Source: a virus (Duplodnaviria; Caudoviricetes). From it: DNA of 64,000 bases. The stretch lies in IMG/VR virus record IMGVR_UViG_3300046460_000097; one strand, 5' to 3'. This document shows positions 62,124-64,000 of this stretch, in pieces. Both the position numbers and the translations under genes were made by a program. Every line of letters begins with the position of its first letter. Position 1 is the stretch's first letter. A model generated the notes under the pieces. The model was not told the DNA's origin. It ran no database searches and was given only the letters and a program-made list of their open reading frames with translations.

Positions 62124-63179
62124 ATGACTACGTCGGTACTTGCTCGTCGTTTTGTTAATACCCCTACAGTGATGGAGCTTTACGAGAGCGAAGCCGGTGG
62201 GGATCAATTGCCAGTTGCAGAGAAGGTCGAAGACAAACTGTCTGATGAATACGACCAAGTCGATGGTAGCGAAGGTTACTACCGTTATACCTTGCAGCAC
62301 CTGCCACGTGCTCACGCCGATCTGGACGGTGTTGTTGGTAACGAAGGTTTGATCCAATGGGTCAAAGACACTGTGGGTACTCTTATCCAAGCGGTGAAGA
62401 ACTTCTTCAAGTGGTTGTTCAGCTTCTTTACCAGCAAGAGCAAGATCGCTGAGACGAAGATGAAGAAGCTGGAAGCCGCTCTGGACAAGAACGGTGTTAA
62501 GGGAGGCTACCATGCTTACCCTCCGGTTTACATCAACCTGTGGGCCAGTAAGGCCAAGGTACCGGATCATCTGGACTGGATGGCCAAGTCGCTCGATACA
62601 CTTGAAGCAGCCATCGTTAAAGGCCAGGAATACGTCAAGGCTATCGAGTGGTTCTCTAATGACACTAAGCAGACTGTTCTGGCTCACGGTCAGCTCAGCA
62701 AAGCTTGGGAGCACTACCAAGACGGTGAGAAGCAGTTCCACGACAAGCTGGAGAAGATCTTCGGTAAGGAGAACTCCCTGTTCATCGGCGGTACTCACGT
62801 TACCGTTATGGCCGGTGGCAAAGTTCAGATCGATCCGGATCCTGAATTGCTCGAAGCAGATAAGGAAGGGAAGTGGACCACCAACGATACCACGGTCCGT
62901 ACCCTGTTCAAGAAACTCGATCGCTGCAACACCGCGTTCGACAAGTTGCTGACAGACATTACCAAACTGGAGTCTGAGTTCATCAAGACTCTGGAGAAGA
63001 CTGTTACTGCCGCCAACGAAATGGAACAACTGGATCTGCTGAATGCGGACAAGGTTGTCTCCGGGGTTAAGAAACAAGTCTCTCAAGCGATGGCCAGTAT
63101 CAAGGTATTGGAAACGCTGTTCCTTAAGGTCATCAGCGCTGGCATTACCGTAGTGACCGCCACTGTTAACCAAGGGTAA
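62124..63179 (+). CDS. Internal head protein, paralog family (351 aa)
   Basis: DGSE|G and VGNE|G motifs, then GLIQWVKDTVGTLIQAVKNFFKWLFSFF. Confidence 0.75.
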   Translation: MTTSVLARRFVNTPTVMELYESEAGGDQLPVAEKVEDKLSDEYDQVDGSEGYYRYTLQHLPRAHADLDGVVGNEGLIQWVKDTVGTLIQAVKNFFKWLFSFFTSKSKIAETKMKKLEAALDKNGVKGGYHAYPPVYINLWASKAKVPDHLDWMAKSLDTLEAAIVKGQEYVKAIEWFSNDTKQTVLAHGQLSKAWEHYQDGEKQFHDKLEKIFGKENSLFIGGTHVTVMAGGKVQIDPDPELLEADKEGKWTTNDTTVRTLFKKLDRCNTAFDKLLTDITKLESEFIKTLEKTVTAANEMEQLDLLNADKVVSGVKKQVSQAMASIKVLETLFLKVISAGITVVTATVNQG

Positions 63180-63184
63180 CCACC

Positions 63185-63670
63185 ATGCGTCTTAATTGCT
63201 TGAATCGCACCATCATTGTCGGGGGCAGTCTTGAACGTCTGCGCATTACCGACCTGAATCCACGTTTCGGTTTGGCTCTCGAACTGGATGCCAATACGTT
63301 CAAGTATTCGGTACTGGGTAACGAGGGCACCAAGGGTGTCATTATCGATAAGGTTAGCTTGAATGACCTGTTCGATGGTATCCCTCAGGACATCACCGGT
63401 ATCAACTTTGATTTTGTAACGGGGTCTGTGGCTCCGGGGTTTGATATCGACCTTGCTGTAGAAGAGCCGATCATCGACGACGTCCCTCTTGAAGAACCGG
63501 GGACACACGACGATGCGCTGTCTGTGCACTTCTGCAACTGGAAACGGTTGGTGGGGTTGAATGACCTGAGTCGCGCTGAAGTCGACTTGGGAACCGCGGA
63601 TGACTACCTGTATGTAGAAGCCCGCAAGTCTACTATCTATCGCGGCTCAGTTGCGATCAAGATCAAGTAA
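63185..63670 (+). CDS. Hypothetical virion-cluster protein (161 aa)
   Basis: AAGGG SD; beta-rich. Confidence 0.6.
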   Translation: MRLNCLNRTIIVGGSLERLRITDLNPRFGLALELDANTFKYSVLGNEGTKGVIIDKVSLNDLFDGIPQDITGINFDFVTGSVAPGFDIDLAVEEPIIDDVPLEEPGTHDDALSVHFCNWKRLVGLNDLSRAEVDLGTADDYLYVEARKSTIYRGSVAIKIK

Positions 63671-63681
63671 GGAGTATCGCG

Positions 63682-64000
63682 ATGAGCCTTTATTTTGAAT
63701 TAGGGTTAATCGGTATCTTGTTGTCGGGTAAAGAGAAAGCCCTGACAGAAGAAAGCAACCCGGTGATGGTCAATACCCTGCGTTCCCTGGGTTACGGTTA
63801 CGTTGTAGACGGCGGTGGTGATATTGCTGCTGTTAAAGAGCGTCTCTACGCCATCACTGCCGCGCTGGAAAGTCGACTGGCTTACTACGATTCGTCGGAG
63901 ATGCTGGTTAACACTCCACTGAATCAGTACCTCGGTGAATTGCTGGCTAATGCAGCCAACGGTTCTTTCGATCCTTCCAAGAACGTCGCTATGATGATCT
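63682..64000 (+). CDS. Hypothetical protein, 3' partial
   Basis: AAGGAG SD, ATG at 63682 (MSLYFELG...), frame open to the window end. Confidence 0.65.
   Translation, partial: MSLYFELGLIGILLSGKEKALTEESNPVMVNTLRSLGYGYVVDGGGDIAAVKERLYAITAALESRLAYYDSSEMLVNTPLNQYLGELLANAANGSFDPSKNVAMMI

Noticed and set aside
1-64000. CRISPR array, tRNA/rRNA genes, integrase or transposase
   Set aside because: No regularly spaced direct repeats, cloverleafs or recombinase motifs were seen. The repeated hairpins are dispersed and mostly have different stems.

Overview
The window is an internal 64 kb segment of a lytic, nucleus-forming jumbo phage (phiKZ-related, Chimalliviridae-type). The host is probably Pseudomonas, inferred from an alginate lyase gene and strong C-ending codon bias. 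Gene order: intein-containing large terminase (partial), PL7 alginate lyase, virion genes, a structured non-coding region flanking two tandem HslV/proteasome-beta-like genes, PhuZ tubulin, an array of small genes, one half of a split family-B DNA polymerase, chimallin, non-virion RNA polymerase subunits with a Mre11/SbcD nuclease and the ChmC/gp68/PicA-position genes, an intein-containing SF2 helicase, a virion RNAP beta-prime subunit, the second polymerase half, and a long head/baseplate protein block. The strongest unexplained signal is a T-TTT-TTT slippery site (43213-43219). A -1 shift there fuses a 589-aa Zn-finger virion-assembly protein to a downstream frame that has no good start of its own. 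Other leads: a nine-copy hairpin plus TATGGCTGC element, a six-copy early-promoter motif, a 150-bp inverted repeat around an AT-rich core, twin class-3 inteins in Walker A motifs, and a virion HExxH metallopeptidase with membrane segments. All homology calls come from recalled motifs and synteny; no searches were run.
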